In this document: piece after piece, positions 23,896 to 39,700 of the stretch
How positions within the stretch are numbered: the first letter of the stretch is position 1
How the letters are laid out: each line of letters begins with the position of its first letter
Assembly (NCBI GenBank): GCA_964057225.1
Contig: OZ059895.1
Location: 20,708,001 to 20,772,000, forward strand
DNA from: Auanema rhodensis
Lineage: Eukaryota > Animalia > Nematoda
DNA: 64,000 bases
Direction of reading: 5' to 3'
Position numbers and translations under genes: made by a program
The notes under the pieces: generated by a model
Databases searched by the model: none
Seen by the model: only the letters and a program-made list of their open reading frames with translations
What the model was told of the DNA's origin: nothing

Positions 23896-26800
23896 ATGCT
23901 AATTAAGTGTACACGTGATGTGCACTTGGTATGTAACTCGCTTCAAGTCAAAGATAAAGAGATGCGGTTTTCAAAATTAGATTCCCCATGTCCATATAAG
24001 TCTAAAAACAAATTTTTATTGATATTGGTGCATGGTAACCATGACTTTAAAATTTACGTGAACTTCAATTTATGCTAATTAAGTGTACACGTGATGTGCA
24101 CTTGGTATGTAACTCGCTTCACGTGAAAGATAAAGGGATGCGGTTTCCAAAATTAGATTTCGCATGTCCATATTAGTCTAAAAACAAATTTTTATTGATA
24201 TTGGTGCATGGTAACCATGACTTTGAAATTTACGTGAACTTTAATTTATGCTAATTAAGTGTACACATGATGTGCACTTGGTATGTAACTCGCTTCAAGT
24301 GAAAGATAAAGAGATGCGGTTTCCAAAATTAGATTTCGCATGTCCATATTAGTCTAAAAACAAATTTTTATTGATATTGGTGCATGGTAACCATGACTTT
24401 AAAATTTACGTGAACTTTAATTTATGCTAATTAAGTGTACACATGATGTGCACTTGGTATGTAACTCGCTTCACGTCAAAGATAAAGAGATGCGGTTTTC
24501 AAAATTAGATTCCCCATGTCCATATTAGTCTAAAAACAAATTTTTATTAATATTGGTGCATGGTAACCATGACTTTAAAATTTACGTGAACTTCAATTTA
24601 TGCTAATTAAGTGTACACGTGATGTGCACTTGGTATGTAACTCGCTTCACGTGAAAGATAAAGGGATGCGGTTTCCAAAATTAGATTTCGCATGTCCATA
24701 TTAGTCTAAAAACAAATTTTTATTGATATTGGTGCATGGTAACCATGACTTTGAAATTTACGTGAACTTTAATTTATGCTAATTAAGTGTACACATGATG
24801 TGCACTTGGTATGTAACTCGCTTCAAGTGAAAGATAAAGAGATGCGGTTTCCAAAATTAGATTTCGCATGTCCATATTAGTCTAAAAACAAATTTTTATT
24901 GATATTGGTGCATGGTAACCATGACTTTAAAATTTACGTGAACTTTAATTTATGCTAATTTAGTGTACACATGATGTGCACTTGGTATGTAACTCGCTTC
25001 ACGTCAAAGATAAAGAGATGCGGTTTTCAAAATTAGATTCCCCATGTCCATATTAGTCTAAAAACAAATTTTTATTGATATTGGTGGATGGTAACCATGA
25101 CTTTGAAATTTACGTGAACTTTAATTTATGCTAATTAAGTGCACACATGATGTGCACTTGGTATGTAACTCGCTTCACGTGAAAGATAAAGGGATGCGGT
25201 TTTCAAAATTAGATTTCGCATGTCCATATTAGTCTAAAAACAAATTGTTATTGATATTGGTGCATGGTAACCATGACTTTAAAATTTACGTGAACTTTAA
25301 TTTATGCTAATTAAGTGTACACATGATGTGCACTTGGTATGTAACCCGCTTCAAGTGAAAGATAAAGAGATGCGGTTTTCAAAATTAGATTTCGCATGTC
25401 CATATTAGTCTAAAAACAAATTTTTATTGATATTGGTGCATGGTAACCATGACTTTGAAATTTACGTGAACTTTAATTTATGCTAATTAAGTGTACACGT
25501 GATGTGCACTTGGTATGTAACTCGCTTCACGTCAAAGATAAAGAGATGCGGTTTTCAAAATTAGATTTCGCATGTCCATATAAGTCTAAAAACAAATTTT
25601 TATTGATATTGGTGCATGGTAACCATGACTTTGAAATTTACGTGAACTTTAATTTATGCTAATTAAGTGTACACGTGATGTGCACTTGGTATGTAACTCG
25701 CTTCAAGTCAAAGATAAAGAGATGCGGTTTTCAAAATTAGATTCCCCATGTCCATATAAGTCTAAAAACAAATTTTTATTGATATTGGTGCATGGTAACC
25801 ATGACTTTAAAATTTACGTGAACTTCAATTTATGCTAATTAAGTGTACACGTGATGTGCACTTGGTATGTAACTCGCTTCACGTGAAAGATAAAGGGATG
25901 CGGTTTCCAAAATTAGATTTCGCATGTCCATATTAGTCTAAAAACAAATTTTTATTGATATTGGTGCATGGTAACCATGACTTTGAAATTTACGTGAACT
26001 TTAATTTATGCTAATTAAGTGTACACATGATGTGCACTTGGTATGTAACTCGCTTCAAGTGAAAGATAAAGAGATGCGGTTTCCAAAATTAGATTTCGCA
26101 TGTCCATATTAGTCTAAAAACAAATTTTTATTGATATTGGTGCATGGTAACCATGACTTTAAAATTTACGTGAACTTTAATTTATGCTAATTAAGTGTAC
26201 ACATGATGTGCACTTGGTATGTAACTCGCTTCACGTCAAAGATAAAGAGATGCGGTTTTCAAAATTAGATTCCCCATGTCCATATTAGTCTAAAAACAAA
26301 TTTTTATTAATATTGGTGCATGGTAACCATGACTTTAAAATTTACGTGAACTTCAATTTATGCTAATTAAGTGTACACGTGATGTGCACTTGGTATGTAA
26401 CTCGCTTCACGTGAAAGATAAAGGGATGCGGTTTCCAAAATTAGATTTCGCATGTCCATATTAGTCTAAAAACAAATTTTTATTGATATTGGTGCATGGT
26501 AACCATGACTTTGAAATTTACGTGAACTTTAATTTATGCTAATTAAGTGTACACATGATGTGCACTTGGTATGTAACTCGCTTCAAGTGAAAGATAAAGA
26601 GATGCGGTTTCCAAAATTAGATTTCGCATGTCCATATTAGTCTAAAAACAAATTTTTATTGATATTGGTGCATGGTAACCATGACTTTAAAATTTACGTG
26701 AACTTTAATTTATGCTAATTTAGTGTACACATGATGTGCACTTGGTATGTAACTCGCTTCACGTCAAAGATAAAGAGATGCGGTTTTCAAAATTAGATTC

Positions 26801-27415
26801 CCCATGTCCATATTAGTCTAAAAACAAATTTTTATTGATATTGGTGGATGGTAACCATGACTTTGAAATTTACGTGAACTTTAATTTATGCTAATTAAGT
26901 GCACACATGATGTGCACTTGGTATGTAACTCGCTTCACGTGAAAGATAAAGGGATGCGGTTTTCAAAATTAGATTTCGCATGTCCATATTAGTCTAAAAA
27001 CAAATTGTTATTGATATTGGTGCATGGTAACCATGACTTTAAAATTTACGTGAACTTTAATTTATGCTAATTAAGTGTACACATGATGTGCACTTGGTAT
27101 GTAACCCGCTTCAAGTGAAAGATAAAGAGATGCGGTTTTCAAAATTAGATTTCGCATGTCCATATTAGTCTAAAAACAAATTTTTATTGATATTGGTGCA
27201 TGGTAACCATGACTTTGAAATTTACGTGAACTTTAATTTATGCTAATTAAGTGTACACGTGATGTGCACTTGGTATGTAACTCGCTTCACGTCAAAGATA
27301 AAGAGATGCGGTTTTCAAAATTAGATTTCGCATGTCCATATAAGTCTAAAAACAAATTTTTATTGATATTGGTGCATGGTAACCATGACTTTGAAATTTA
27401 CGTGAACTTTAATTT
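23896..27415 (+). repeat. SatC 10-mer (1760-bp) tandem duplication
   Basis: The private variant gtaacccgct occurs at 25341 and 27101. ORF pairs 23896/25656 and 25480/27240 differ by 1760. Confidence 0.9.
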
Positions 27416-30400
27416 ATGCTAATTAAGTGTACACATGCTGTGCACTTGGTATGTAACTCGCTTCACGTCAAAGATAAAGAGATGCGGTTTTCAAAATTAG
27501 ATTTCGCATGTCCATATAAGTCTAAAAACAAATTTTTATTGATATTGGTGCATGGTAACCATGACTTTAAAATTTACGTGAACTTTAATTTATGCTAATT
27601 TAGTGTACACATGATGTGCACTTGGTATGTAACTCGCTTCACGTCAAAGATAAAGAGATGCGGTTTTCAAAATTAGATTCCCCATGTCCATATTAGTCTA
27701 AAAACAAATTTTTATTGATATTGGTGGATGGTAACCATGACTTTGAAATTTACGTGAACTTTAATTTATGCTAATTAAGTGCACACATGATGTGCACTTG
27801 GTATGTAACTCGCTTCACGTGAAAGATAAAGGGATGCGGTTTTCAAAATTAGATTTCGCATGTCCATATTAGTCTAAAAACAAATTGTTATTGATATTGG
27901 TGCATGGTAACCATGACTTTAAAATTTACGTGAACTTTAATTTATGCTAATTAAGTGTACACATGATGTGCACTTGGTATGTAACTCGCTTCACGTCAAA
28001 GATAAAGAGATGCGGTTTTCAAAATTAGATTCCCCATGTCCATATTAGTCTAAAAACAAATTTTTATTGATATTGGTGGATGGTAACCATGACTTTGAAA
28101 TTTACGTGAACTTTAATTTATGCTAATTAAGTGCACACATGATGTGCACTTGGTATGTAACTCGCTTCACGTCAAAGATAAAGGGATGCGGTTTTCAAAA
28201 TTAGATTCCCCATGTCCATATTAGTCTAAAAACAAATTTTTATTGATATTGGTGGATGGTAACCATGACTTTGAAATTTACGTGAACTTTAATTTATGCT
28301 AATTAAGTGCACACATGATGTGCACTTGGTATGTAACTCGCTTCACGTGAAAGATAAAGGGATGCGGTTTTCAAAATTAGATTTCGCATGTCCATATTAG
28401 TCTAAAAACAAATTTTTATTGATATTGGTGGATGGTAATCATGACTTTGAAATTTACGTGAACTTTAATTTATGCTAATTAAGTGCACACATGATGTGCA
28501 CTTGGTATGTAACTCGCTTCACGTCAAAGATAAAGAGATGCGGTTTTCAAAATTAGATTCCCCATGTCCATATTAGTCTAAAAACAAATTTTTATTGATA
28601 TTGGTGGATGGTAACCATGACTTTGAAATTTACGTGAACTTTAATTTATGCTAATTAAGTGCACACATGATGTGCACTTGGTATGTAACTCGCTTCACGT
28701 GAAAGATAAAGGGATGCGGTTTTCAAAATTAGATTTCGCATGTCCATATTAGTCTAAAAACAAATTGTTATTGATATTGGTGCATGGTAACCATGACTTT
28801 AAAATTTACGTGAACTTTAATTTATGCTAATTGAGTGTACACATGATGTGCACTTGGTATGTAACTCGCTTCAAGTGAAAGATAAAGAGATGCGGTTTTC
28901 AAAATTAGATTTCGCATGTCCATATTAGTCTAAAAACAAATTTTTATTGATATTGGTGCATGGTAACCATGACTTTGAAATTTACGTGAACTTTAATTTA
29001 TGCTAATTAAGTGTACACGTGATGTGCACTTGGTATGTAACTCGCTTCACGTCAAAGATAAAGAGATGCGGTTTTCAAAATTAGATTTCGCATGTCCATA
29101 TAAGTCTAAAAACAAATTTTTATTGATATTGGTGCATGGTAACCATGACTTTGAAATTTACGTGAACTTTAATTTATGCTAATTAAGTGTACACATGCTG
29201 TGCACTTGGTATGTAACTCGCTTCACGTCAAAGATAAAGAGATGCGGTTTTCAAAATTAGATTCCCCATGTCCATATTAGTCTAAAAACAAATTTTTATT
29301 AATATTGGTGCATGGTAACCATGACTTTGAAATTTACGTGAACTTTAATTTATGCTAATTAAGTGTACACGTGATGTGCACTTGGTATGTAACTTGCTTC
29401 ACGTGAAAGATAAAGAGATGCGGTTTTCAAAATTAGATTTCGCATGTCCATATTAGTCTAAAAACAAATTTTTATTGATATTGGTGCATGGTAACCATGA
29501 CTTTGAAATTTACGTGAACTTTAATTTATGCTAATTAAGTGTACACATGATGTGCACTTGGTATGTAACTCGCTTCAAGTGAAAGATAAAGAGATGCGGT
29601 TTTCAAAATTAGATTTCGCATGTCCATATTAGTCTAAAAACAAATTTTTATTGATATTGGTGCATGGTAACCATGACTTTAAAATTTACGTGAACTTTAA
29701 TTTATGCTAATTTAGTGTACACATGATGTGCACTTGGTATGTAACTCGCTTCACGTCAAAGATAAAGAGATGCGGTTTTCAAAATTAGATTCCCCATGTC
29801 CATATTAGTCTAAAAACAAATTTTTATTGATATTGGTGGATGGTAACCATGACTTTGAAATTTACGTGAACTTTAATTTATGCTAATTAAGTGCACACAT
29901 GATGTGCACTTGGTATGTAACTCGCTTCACGTGAAAGATAAAGGGATGCGGTTTTCAAAATTAGATTTCGCATGTCCATTTTAGTCTAAAAACAAATTGT
30001 TATTGATATTGGTGCATGGTAACCATGACTTTGAAATTTACGTGAACTTTAATTTATGCTAATTAAGTGTACACATGATGTGCACTTGGTATGTAACTCG
30101 CTTCAAGTGAAAGATAAAGAGATGCGGTTTCCAAAATTAGATTTCGCATGTCCATATTAGTCTAAAAACAAATTTTTATTGATATTGGTGCATGGTAACC
30201 ATGACTTTAAAATTTACGTGAACTTTAATTTATGCTAATTAAGTGTACACATGATGTGCACTTGGTATGTAACTCGCTTCACGTCAAAGATAAAGAGATG
30301 CGGTTTTCAAAATTAGATTCCCCATGTCCATATTAGTCTAAAAACAAATTTTTATTGATATTGGTGGATGGTAATCATGACTTTGAAATTTACGTGAACT

Positions 30401-30759
30401 TTAATTTATGCTAATTAAGTGCACACATGATGTGCACTTGGTATGTAACTCGCTTCACGTCAAAGATAAAGAGATGCGGTTTTCAAAATTAGATTCCCCA
30501 TGTCCATATTAGTCTAAAAACAAATTTTTATTGATATTGGTGGATGGTAACCATGACTTTGAAATTTACGTGAACTTTAATTTATGCTAATTAAGTGCAC
30601 ACATGATGTGCACTTGGTATGTAACTCGCTTCACGTGAAAGATAAAGGGATGCGGTTTTCAAAATTAGATTTCGCATGTCCATATTAGTCTAAAAACAAA
30701 TTGTTATTGATATTGGTGCATGGTAACCATGACTTTAAAATTTACGTGAACTTTAATTT

Positions 30760-33700
30760 ATGCTAATTAAGTGTACACATGATGTGCACTTGGTATGTAA
30801 CTCGCTTCAAGTGAAAGATAAAGAGATGCGGTTTTCAAAATTAGATTTCGCATGTCCATATTAGTCTAAAAACAAATTTTTATTGATATTGGTGCATGGT
30901 AACCATGACTTTGAAATTTACGTGAACTTTAATTTATGCTAATTAAGTGTACACGTGATGTGCACTTGGTATGTAACTCGCTTCACGTCAAAGATAAAGA
31001 GATGCGGTTTTCAAAATTAGATTTCGCATGTCCATATAAGTCTAAAAACAAATTTTTATTGATATTGGTGCATGGTAACCATGACTTTGAAATTTACGTG
31101 AACTTTAATTTATGCTAATTAAGTGTACACATGCTGTGCACTTGGTATGTAACTCGCTTCACGTCAAAGATAAAGAGATGCGGTTTTCAAAATTAGATTT
31201 CGCATGTCCATATAAGTCTAAAAACAAATTTTTATTGATATTGGTGCATGGTAACCATGACTTTAAAATTTACGTGAACTTTAATTTATGCTAATTTAGT
31301 GTACACATGATGTGCACTTGGTATGTAACTCGCTTCACGTCAAAGATAAAGAGATGCGGTTTTCAAAATTAGATTTCGCATGTCCATATAAGTCTCAAAA
31401 CAAATTTTTATTGATATTGGTGCATGGTAACCATGACTTTGAAATTTACGTGAACTTTAATTTATGCTAATTAAGTGCACACATGATGTGCACTTGGTAT
31501 GTAACTCGCTTCACGTCAAAGATAAAGAGATGCGGTTTTCAAAATTAGATTCCCCATGTCCATATTAGTCTAAAAACAAATTTTTATTGATATTGGTGCA
31601 TGGTAACCATGACTTTAAAATTTACGTGAACTTTAATTTATGCTAATTAAGTGTACACATGATGTGCACTTGGTATGTAACTCGCTTCAAGTGAAAGATA
31701 AAGAGATGCGGTTTTCAAAATTAGATTTCGCATGTCCATATTAGTCTAAAAACAAATTTTTATTGATATTGGTGCATGGTAACCATGACTTTGAAATTTA
31801 CGTGAACTTTAATTTATGCTAATTAAGTGTACACGTGATGTGCACTTGGTATGTAACTCGCTTCACGTCAAAGATAAAGAGATGCGGTTTTCAAAATTAG
31901 ATTTCGCATGTCCATATAAGTCTAAAAACAAATTTTTATTGATATTGGTGCATGGTAACCATGACTTTGAAATTTACGTGAACTTTAATTTATGCTAATT
32001 AAGTGTACACATGCTGTGCACTTGGTATGTAACTCGCTTCACGTCAAAGATAAAGAGATGCGGTTTTCAAAATTACATTCCCCATGTCCATATTAGTCTA
32101 AAAACAAATTTTTATTAATATTGGTGCATGGTAACCATGACTTTGAAATTTACGTGAACTTTAATTTATGCTAATTAAGTGTACACATGATGTGCACTTG
32201 GTATGTAACTCGCTTCAAGTGAAAGATAAAGAGATGCGGTTTTCAAAATTAGATTTCGCATGTCCATATTAGTCTAAAAACAAATTTTTATTGATATTGG
32301 TGCATGGTAACCATGACTTTGAAATTTACGTGAACTTTAATTTATGCTAATTAAGTGTACACGTGATGTGCACTTGGTATGTAACTCGCTTCACGTCAAA
32401 GATAAAGAGATGCGGTTTTCAAAATTAGATTTCGCATGTCCATATAAGTCTAAAAACAAATTTTTATTGATATTGGTGCATGGTAACCATGACTTTGAAA
32501 TTTACGTGAACTTTAATTTATGCTAATTAAGTGTACACATGCTGTGCACTTGGTATGTAACTCGCTTCACGTCAAAGATAAAGAGATGCGGTTTTCAAAA
32601 TTAGATTTCGCATGTCCATATAAGTCTAAAAACAAATTTTTATTGATATTGGTGCATGGTAACCATGACTTTAAAATTTACGTGAACTTTAATTTATGCT
32701 AATTTAGTGTACACATGATGTGCACTTGGTATGTAACTCGCTTCACGTCAAAGATAAAGAGATGCGGTTTTCAAAATTAGATTTCGCATGTCCATATAAG
32801 TCTCAAAACAAATTTTTATTGATATTGGTGCATGGTAACCATGACTTTGAAATTTACGTGAACTTTAATTTATGCTAATTAAGTGCACACATGATGTGCA
32901 CTTGGTATGTAACTCGCTTCACGTCAAAGATAAAGATATGCGGTTTTCAAAATTAGATTCCCCATGTCCATATTAGTCTAAAAACAAATTTTTATTGATA
33001 TTGGTGCATGGTAACCATGACTTTAAAATTTACGTGAACTTTAATTTATGCTAATTAAGTGTACACATGATGTGCACTTGGTATGTAACTCGCTTCAAGT
33101 GAAAGATAAAGAGATGCGGTTTTCAAAATTAGATTTCGCATGTCCATATTAGTCTAAAAACAAATTTTTATTGATATTGGTGCATGGTAACCATGACTTT
33201 GAAATTTACGTGAACTTTAATTTATGCTAATTAAGTGTACACGTGATGTGCACTTGGTATGTAACTCGCTTCACGTCAAAGATAAAGAGATGCGGTTTTC
33301 AAAATTAGATTTCGCATGTCCATATAAGTCTAAAAACAAATTTTTATTGATATTGGTGCATGGTAACCATGACTTTGAAATTTACGTGAACTTTAATTTA
33401 TGCTAATTAAGTGTACACATGCTGTGCACTTGGTATGTAACTTGCTTCACGTCAAAGATAAAGAGATGCGGTTTTCAAAATTACATTCCCCATGTCCATA
33501 TTAGTCTAAAAACAAATTTTTATTAATATTGGTGCATGGTAACCATGACTTTGAAATTTACGTGAACTTTAATTTATGCTAATTAAGTGTACACATGATG
33601 TGCACTTGGTATGTAACTCGCTTCAAGTGAAAGATAAAGAGATGCGGTTTTCAAAATTAGATTTCGCATGTCCATATTAGTCTAAAAACAAATTTTTATT
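30760..33700 (+). repeat. SatC 8-mer (1408-bp) tandem duplication
   Basis: The private variant ttacattc occurs at 32076/33484. ORF pairs are 30936/32344, 31112/32520 and 31816/33224. Boundaries are approximate. Confidence 0.85.
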
Positions 33701-36700
33701 GATATTGGTGGATGGTAACCATGACTTTGAAATTTACGTGAACTTTAATTTATGCTAATTAAGTGCACACATGATGTGCACTTGGTATGTAACTCGCTTC
33801 ACGTGAAAGATAAAGAGATGCGGTTTTCAAAATTAGATTTCGCATGTCCATATTAGTCTAAAAACAAATTGTTATTGATATTGGTGCATGGTAACCATGA
33901 CTTTAAAATTTACGTGAACTTTAATTTATGCTAATTTAGTGTACACATGATGTGCACTTGGTATGTAACTCGCTTCACGTCGAAGATAAAGAGATGCGGT
34001 TTTCAAAATTAGATTCCCCATGTCCATATTAGTCTAAAAACAAATTTTTATTGATATTGGTGGATGGTAACCATGACTTTGAAATTTACGTGAACTTTAA
34101 TTTATGCTAATTAAGTGTACACATGATGTGCACTTGGTATGTAACTCGCTTCAAGTGAAAGATAAAGAGATGCGGTTTTCAAAATTAGATTTCGCATGTC
34201 CATATTAGTCTAAAAACAAATTTTTATTGATATTGGTGCATGGTAACCATGACTTTAAAATTTACGTGAACTTTAATTTATGCTAATTTAGTGTACACAT
34301 GATGTGCACTTGGTATGTAACTCGCTTCACGTCGAAGATAAAGAGATGCGGTTTTCAAAATTAGATTCCCCATGTCCATATTAGTCTAAAAACAAATTTT
34401 TATTGATATTGGTGGATGGTAACCATGACTTTGAAATTTACGTGAACTTTAATTTATGCTAGTTAAGTGTACACATGATGTGCACTTGGTATGTAACTCG
34501 CTTCAAGTGAAAGATAAAGAGATGCGGTTTTCAAAATTAGATTTCGCATGTCCATATTAGTCTAAAAACAAATTTTTATTGATATTGGTGCATGGTAACC
34601 ATGACTTTGAAAATTACGTGAACTTTAATTTATGCTAATTAAGTGTACACATGATGTGCACTTGGTATGTAACTCGCTTCAAGTGAAAGATAAAGAGATG
34701 CGGTTTTCAAAATTAGATTCCCCATGTCCATATTAGTCTAAAAACAAATTTTTATTGATATTGGTGCATGGTAACCATGACTTTAAAATTTACGTGAACT
34801 TTAATTTATGCTAATTAAGTGCACACATGATGTGCACTTGGTATGTAACTCGCTTCACGTCAAAGATAAAGAGATGCGGTTTTCAAAATTAGATTTCGCA
34901 TGTCCATATTAGTCTAAAAACAAATTTTTATTGATATTGGTGCATGGTAACCATGACTTTAAAATTTACGTGAACTTTAATTTATGCTAATTTAGTGTAC
35001 ACATGATGTGCACTTGGTATGTAACTCGCTTCACGTCAAAGATAAAGAGATGCGGTTTTCAAAATTAGATTCCCCATGTCCATATTAGTCTAAAAACAAA
35101 TTTTTATTGATATTGGTGGATGGTAACCATGACTTTGAAATTTACGTGAACTTTAATTTATGCTAATTAAGTGCACACATGATGTGCACTTGGTATGTAA
35201 CTCGCTTCACGTGAAAGATAAAGGGATGCGGTTTTCAAAATTAGATTTCGCATGTCCATTTTAGTCTAAAAACAAATTGTTATTGATATTGGTGCATGGT
35301 AACCATGACTTTAAAATTTACGTGAACTTTAATTTATGCTAATTAAGTGTACACATGATGTGCACTTGGTATGTAACTCGCTTCAAGTGAAAGATGAAGA
35401 GATGCGGTTTTCAAAATTAGATTTCGCATGTCCATATTAGTCTAAAAACAAATTTTTATTGATATTGGTGCATGGTAACCATGACTTTGAAAATTACGTG
35501 AACTTTAATTTATGCTAATTAAGTGTACACGTGATGTGCACTTGGTATGTAACTCGCTTCACGTCAAAGATAAAGAGATGCGGTTTTCAAAATTAGATTT
35601 CGCATGTCCATATAAGTCTCAAAACAAATTTTTATTGATATTGGTGCATGGTTACCATGACTTTGAAATTTACGTGAACTTTAATTTATGCTAATTAAGT
35701 GCACACATGATGTGCACTTGGTATGTAACTCGCTTCACGTGAAAGATAAAGGGATGCGGTTTTCAAAATTAGATTTCGCATGTCCATATTAGTCTAAAAA
35801 CAAATTGTTATTGATATTGGTGCATGGTAACCATGACTTTAAAATTTACGTGAACTTTAATTTATGCTAATTAAGTGTACACATGATGTGCACTTGGTAT
35901 GTAACTCGCTTCAAGTGAAAGATAAAGAGATGCGGTTTTCAAAATTAGATTTCGCATGTCCATATTAGTCTAAAAACAAATTTTTATTGATATTGGTGCA
36001 TGGTAACCATGACTTTGAAATTTACGTGAACTTTAATTTATGCTAATTAAGTGTACACGTGATGTGCACTTGGTATGTAACTCGCTTCACGTCAAAGATA
36101 AAGAGATGCGGTTTTCAAAATTAGATTTCGCATGTCCATATAAGTCTAAAAACAAATTTTTATTGATATTGGTGCATGGTAACCATGACTTTGAAATTTA
36201 CGTGAACTTTAATTTATGCTAATTAAGTGTACACATGCTGTGCACTTGGTATGTAACTCGCTTCACGTCAAAGATAAAGAGATGCGGTTTTCAAAATTAG
36301 ATTTCGCATGTCCATATAAGTCTAAAAACAAATTTTTATTGATATTGGTGCATGGTAACCATGACTTTAAAATTTACGTGAACTTTAATTTATGCTAATT
36401 TAGTGTACACATGATGTGCACTTGGTATGTAACTCGCTTCACGTCAAAGATAAAGAGATGCGGTTTTCAAAATTAGATTCCCCATGTCCATATTAGTCTA
36501 AAAACAAATTTTTATTGATATTGGTGGATGGTAACCATGACTTTGAAATTTACGTGAACTTTAATTTATGCTAATTAAGTGCACACATGATGTGCACTTG
36601 GTATGTAACTCGCTTCACGTGAAAGATAAAGGGATGCGGTTTTCAAAATTAGATTTCGCATGTCCATATTAGTCTAAAAACAAATTGTTATTGATATTGG

Positions 36701-39700
36701 TGCATGGTAACCATGACTTTAAAATTTACGTGAACTTTAATTTATGCTAATTAAGTGTACACATGATGTGCACTTGGTATGTAACTCGCTTCACGTCAAA
36801 GATAAAGAGATGCGGTTTTCAAAATTAGATTCCCCATGTCCATATTAGTCTAAAAACAAATTTTTATTGATATTGGTGGATGGTAATCATGACTTTGAAA
36901 TTTACGTGAACTTTAATTTATGCTAATTAAGTGCACATATGATGTGCACTTGGTATGTAACTCGCTTCACGTCAAAGATAAAGAGATGCGGTTTTCAAAA
37001 TTAGATTCCCCATGTCCATATTAGTCTAAAAACAAATTTTTATTGATATTGGTGGATGGTAACCATGACTTTGAAATTTACGTGAACTTTAATTTATGCT
37101 AATTAAGTGCACACATGATGTGCACTTGGTATGTAACTCGCTTCACGTGAAAGATAAAGGGATGCGGTTTTCAAAATTAGATTTCGCATGTCCATATTAG
37201 TCTAAAAACAAATTGTTATTGATATTGGTGCATGGTAACCATGACTTTAAAATTTACGTGAACTTTAATTTATGCTAATTAAGTGTACACATGATGTGCA
37301 CTTGGTATGTAACTCGCTTCAAGTGAAAGATAAATAGATGCGGTTTTCAAAATTAGATTTCGCATGTCCATATTAGTCTAAAAACAAATTTTTATTGATA
37401 TTGGTGCATGGTAACCATGACTTTGAAATTTACGTGAACTTTAATTTATGCTAATTAAGTGTACACGTGATGTGCACTTGGTATGTAACTCGCTTCACGT
37501 CAAAGATAAAGAGATGCGGTTTTCAAAATTAGATTTCGCATGTCCATATAAGTCTAAAAACAAATTTTTATTGATATTGGTGCATGGTAACCATGACTTT
37601 GAAATTTACGTGAACTTTAATTTATGCTAATTAAGTGTACACATGCTGTGCACTTGGTATGTAACTCGCTTCACGTCAAAGATAAAGAGATGCGGTTTTC
37701 AAAATTAGATTCCCCATGTCCATATTAGTCTAAAAACAAATTTTTATTAATATTGGTGCATGGTAACCATGACTTTGAAATTTACGTGAACTTTAATTTA
37801 TGCTAATTAAGTGTACACGTGATGTGCACTTGGTATGTAACTTGCTTCACGTGAAAGATAAAGAGATGCGGTTTTCAAAATTAGATTTCGCATGTCCATA
37901 TTAGTCTAAAAACAAATTTTTATTGATATTGGTGCATGGTAACCATGACTTTGAAATTTACGTGAACTTTAATTTATGCTAATTAAGTGTACACATGATG
38001 TGCACTTGGTATGTAACTCGCTTCAAGTGAAAGATAAAGAGATGCGGTTTTCAAAATTAGATTTCGCATGTCCATATTAGTCTAAAAACAAATTTTTATT
38101 GATATTGGTGCATGGTAACCATGACTTTAAAATTTACGTGAACTTTAATTTATGCTAATTTAGTGTACACATGATGTGCACTTGGTATGTAACTCGCTTC
38201 ACGTCAAAGATAAAGAGATGCGGTTTTCAAAATTAGATTCCCCATGTCCATATTAGTCTAAAAACAAATTTTTATTGATATTGGTGGATGGTAACCATGA
38301 CTTTGAAATTTACGTGAACTTTAATTTATGCTAATTAAGTGCACACATGATGTGCACTTGGTATGTAACTCGCTTCACGTGAAAGATAAAGGGATGCGGT
38401 TTTCAAAATTAGATTTCGCATGTCCATTTTAGTCTAAAAACAAATTGTTATTGATATTGGTGCATGGTAACCATGACTTTAAAATTTACGTGAACTTTAA
38501 TTTATGCTAATTAAGTGTACACATGATGTGCACTTGGTATGTAACTCGCTTCAAGTGAAAGATAAAGAGATGCAGTTTTCAAAATTAGATTTCGCATGTC
38601 CATATTAGTCTAAAAACAAATTTTTATTGATATTGGTGCATGGTAACCATGACTTTGAAAATTACGTGAACTTTAATTTATGCTAATTAAGTGTACACGT
38701 GATGTGCACTTGGTATGTAACTCGCTTCACGTCAAAGATAAAGAGATGCGGTTTTCAAAATTAGATTTCGCATGTCCATATAAGTCTCAAAACAAATTTT
38801 TATTGATATTGGTGCATGGTAACCATGACTTTGAAATTTACGTGAACTTTAATTTATGCTAATTAAGTGTACACATGCTGTGCACTTGGTATGTAACTCG
38901 CTTCACGTCAAAGATAAAGAGATGCGGTTTTCAAAATTAGATTCCCCATGTCCATATTAGTCTAAAAACAAATTTTTATTAATATTGGTGCATGGTAACC
39001 ATGACTTTAAAATTTACGTGAACTTTAATTTATGCTAATTAAGTGTACACGTGATGTGCACTTGGTATGTAACTCGCTTCACGTGAAAGATAAAGAGATG
39101 CGGTTTTCAAAATTAGATTCCCCATGTCCATATTAGTCTAAAAACAAATTTTTATTGATATTGGTGCATGGTAACCATGACTTTAAAATTTACGTGAACT
39201 TTAATTTATGCTAATTAAGTGCACACATGATGTGCACTTGGTATGTAACTCGCTTCACGTCAAAGATAAAGAGATGCGGTTTTCAAAATTAGATTTCGCA
39301 TGTCCATATTAGTCTAAAAACAAATTTTTATTGATATTGGTGCATGGTAACCATGACTTTAAAATTTACGTGAACTTTAATTTATGCTAATTTAGTGTAC
39401 ACATGATGTGCACTTGGTATGTAACTCGCTTCACGTCAAAGATAAAGAGATGCGGTTTTCAAAATTAGATTCCCCATGTCCATATTAGTCTAAAAACAAA
39501 TTTTTATTGATATTGGTGGATGGTAACCATGACTTTGAAATTTACGTGAACTTTAATTTATGCTAATTAAGTGCACACATGATGTGCACTTGGTATGTAA
39601 CTCGCTTCACGTGAAAGATAAAGGGATGCGGTTTTCAAAATTAGATTTCGCATGTCCATTTTAGTCTAAAAACAAATTGTTATTGATATTGGTGCATGGT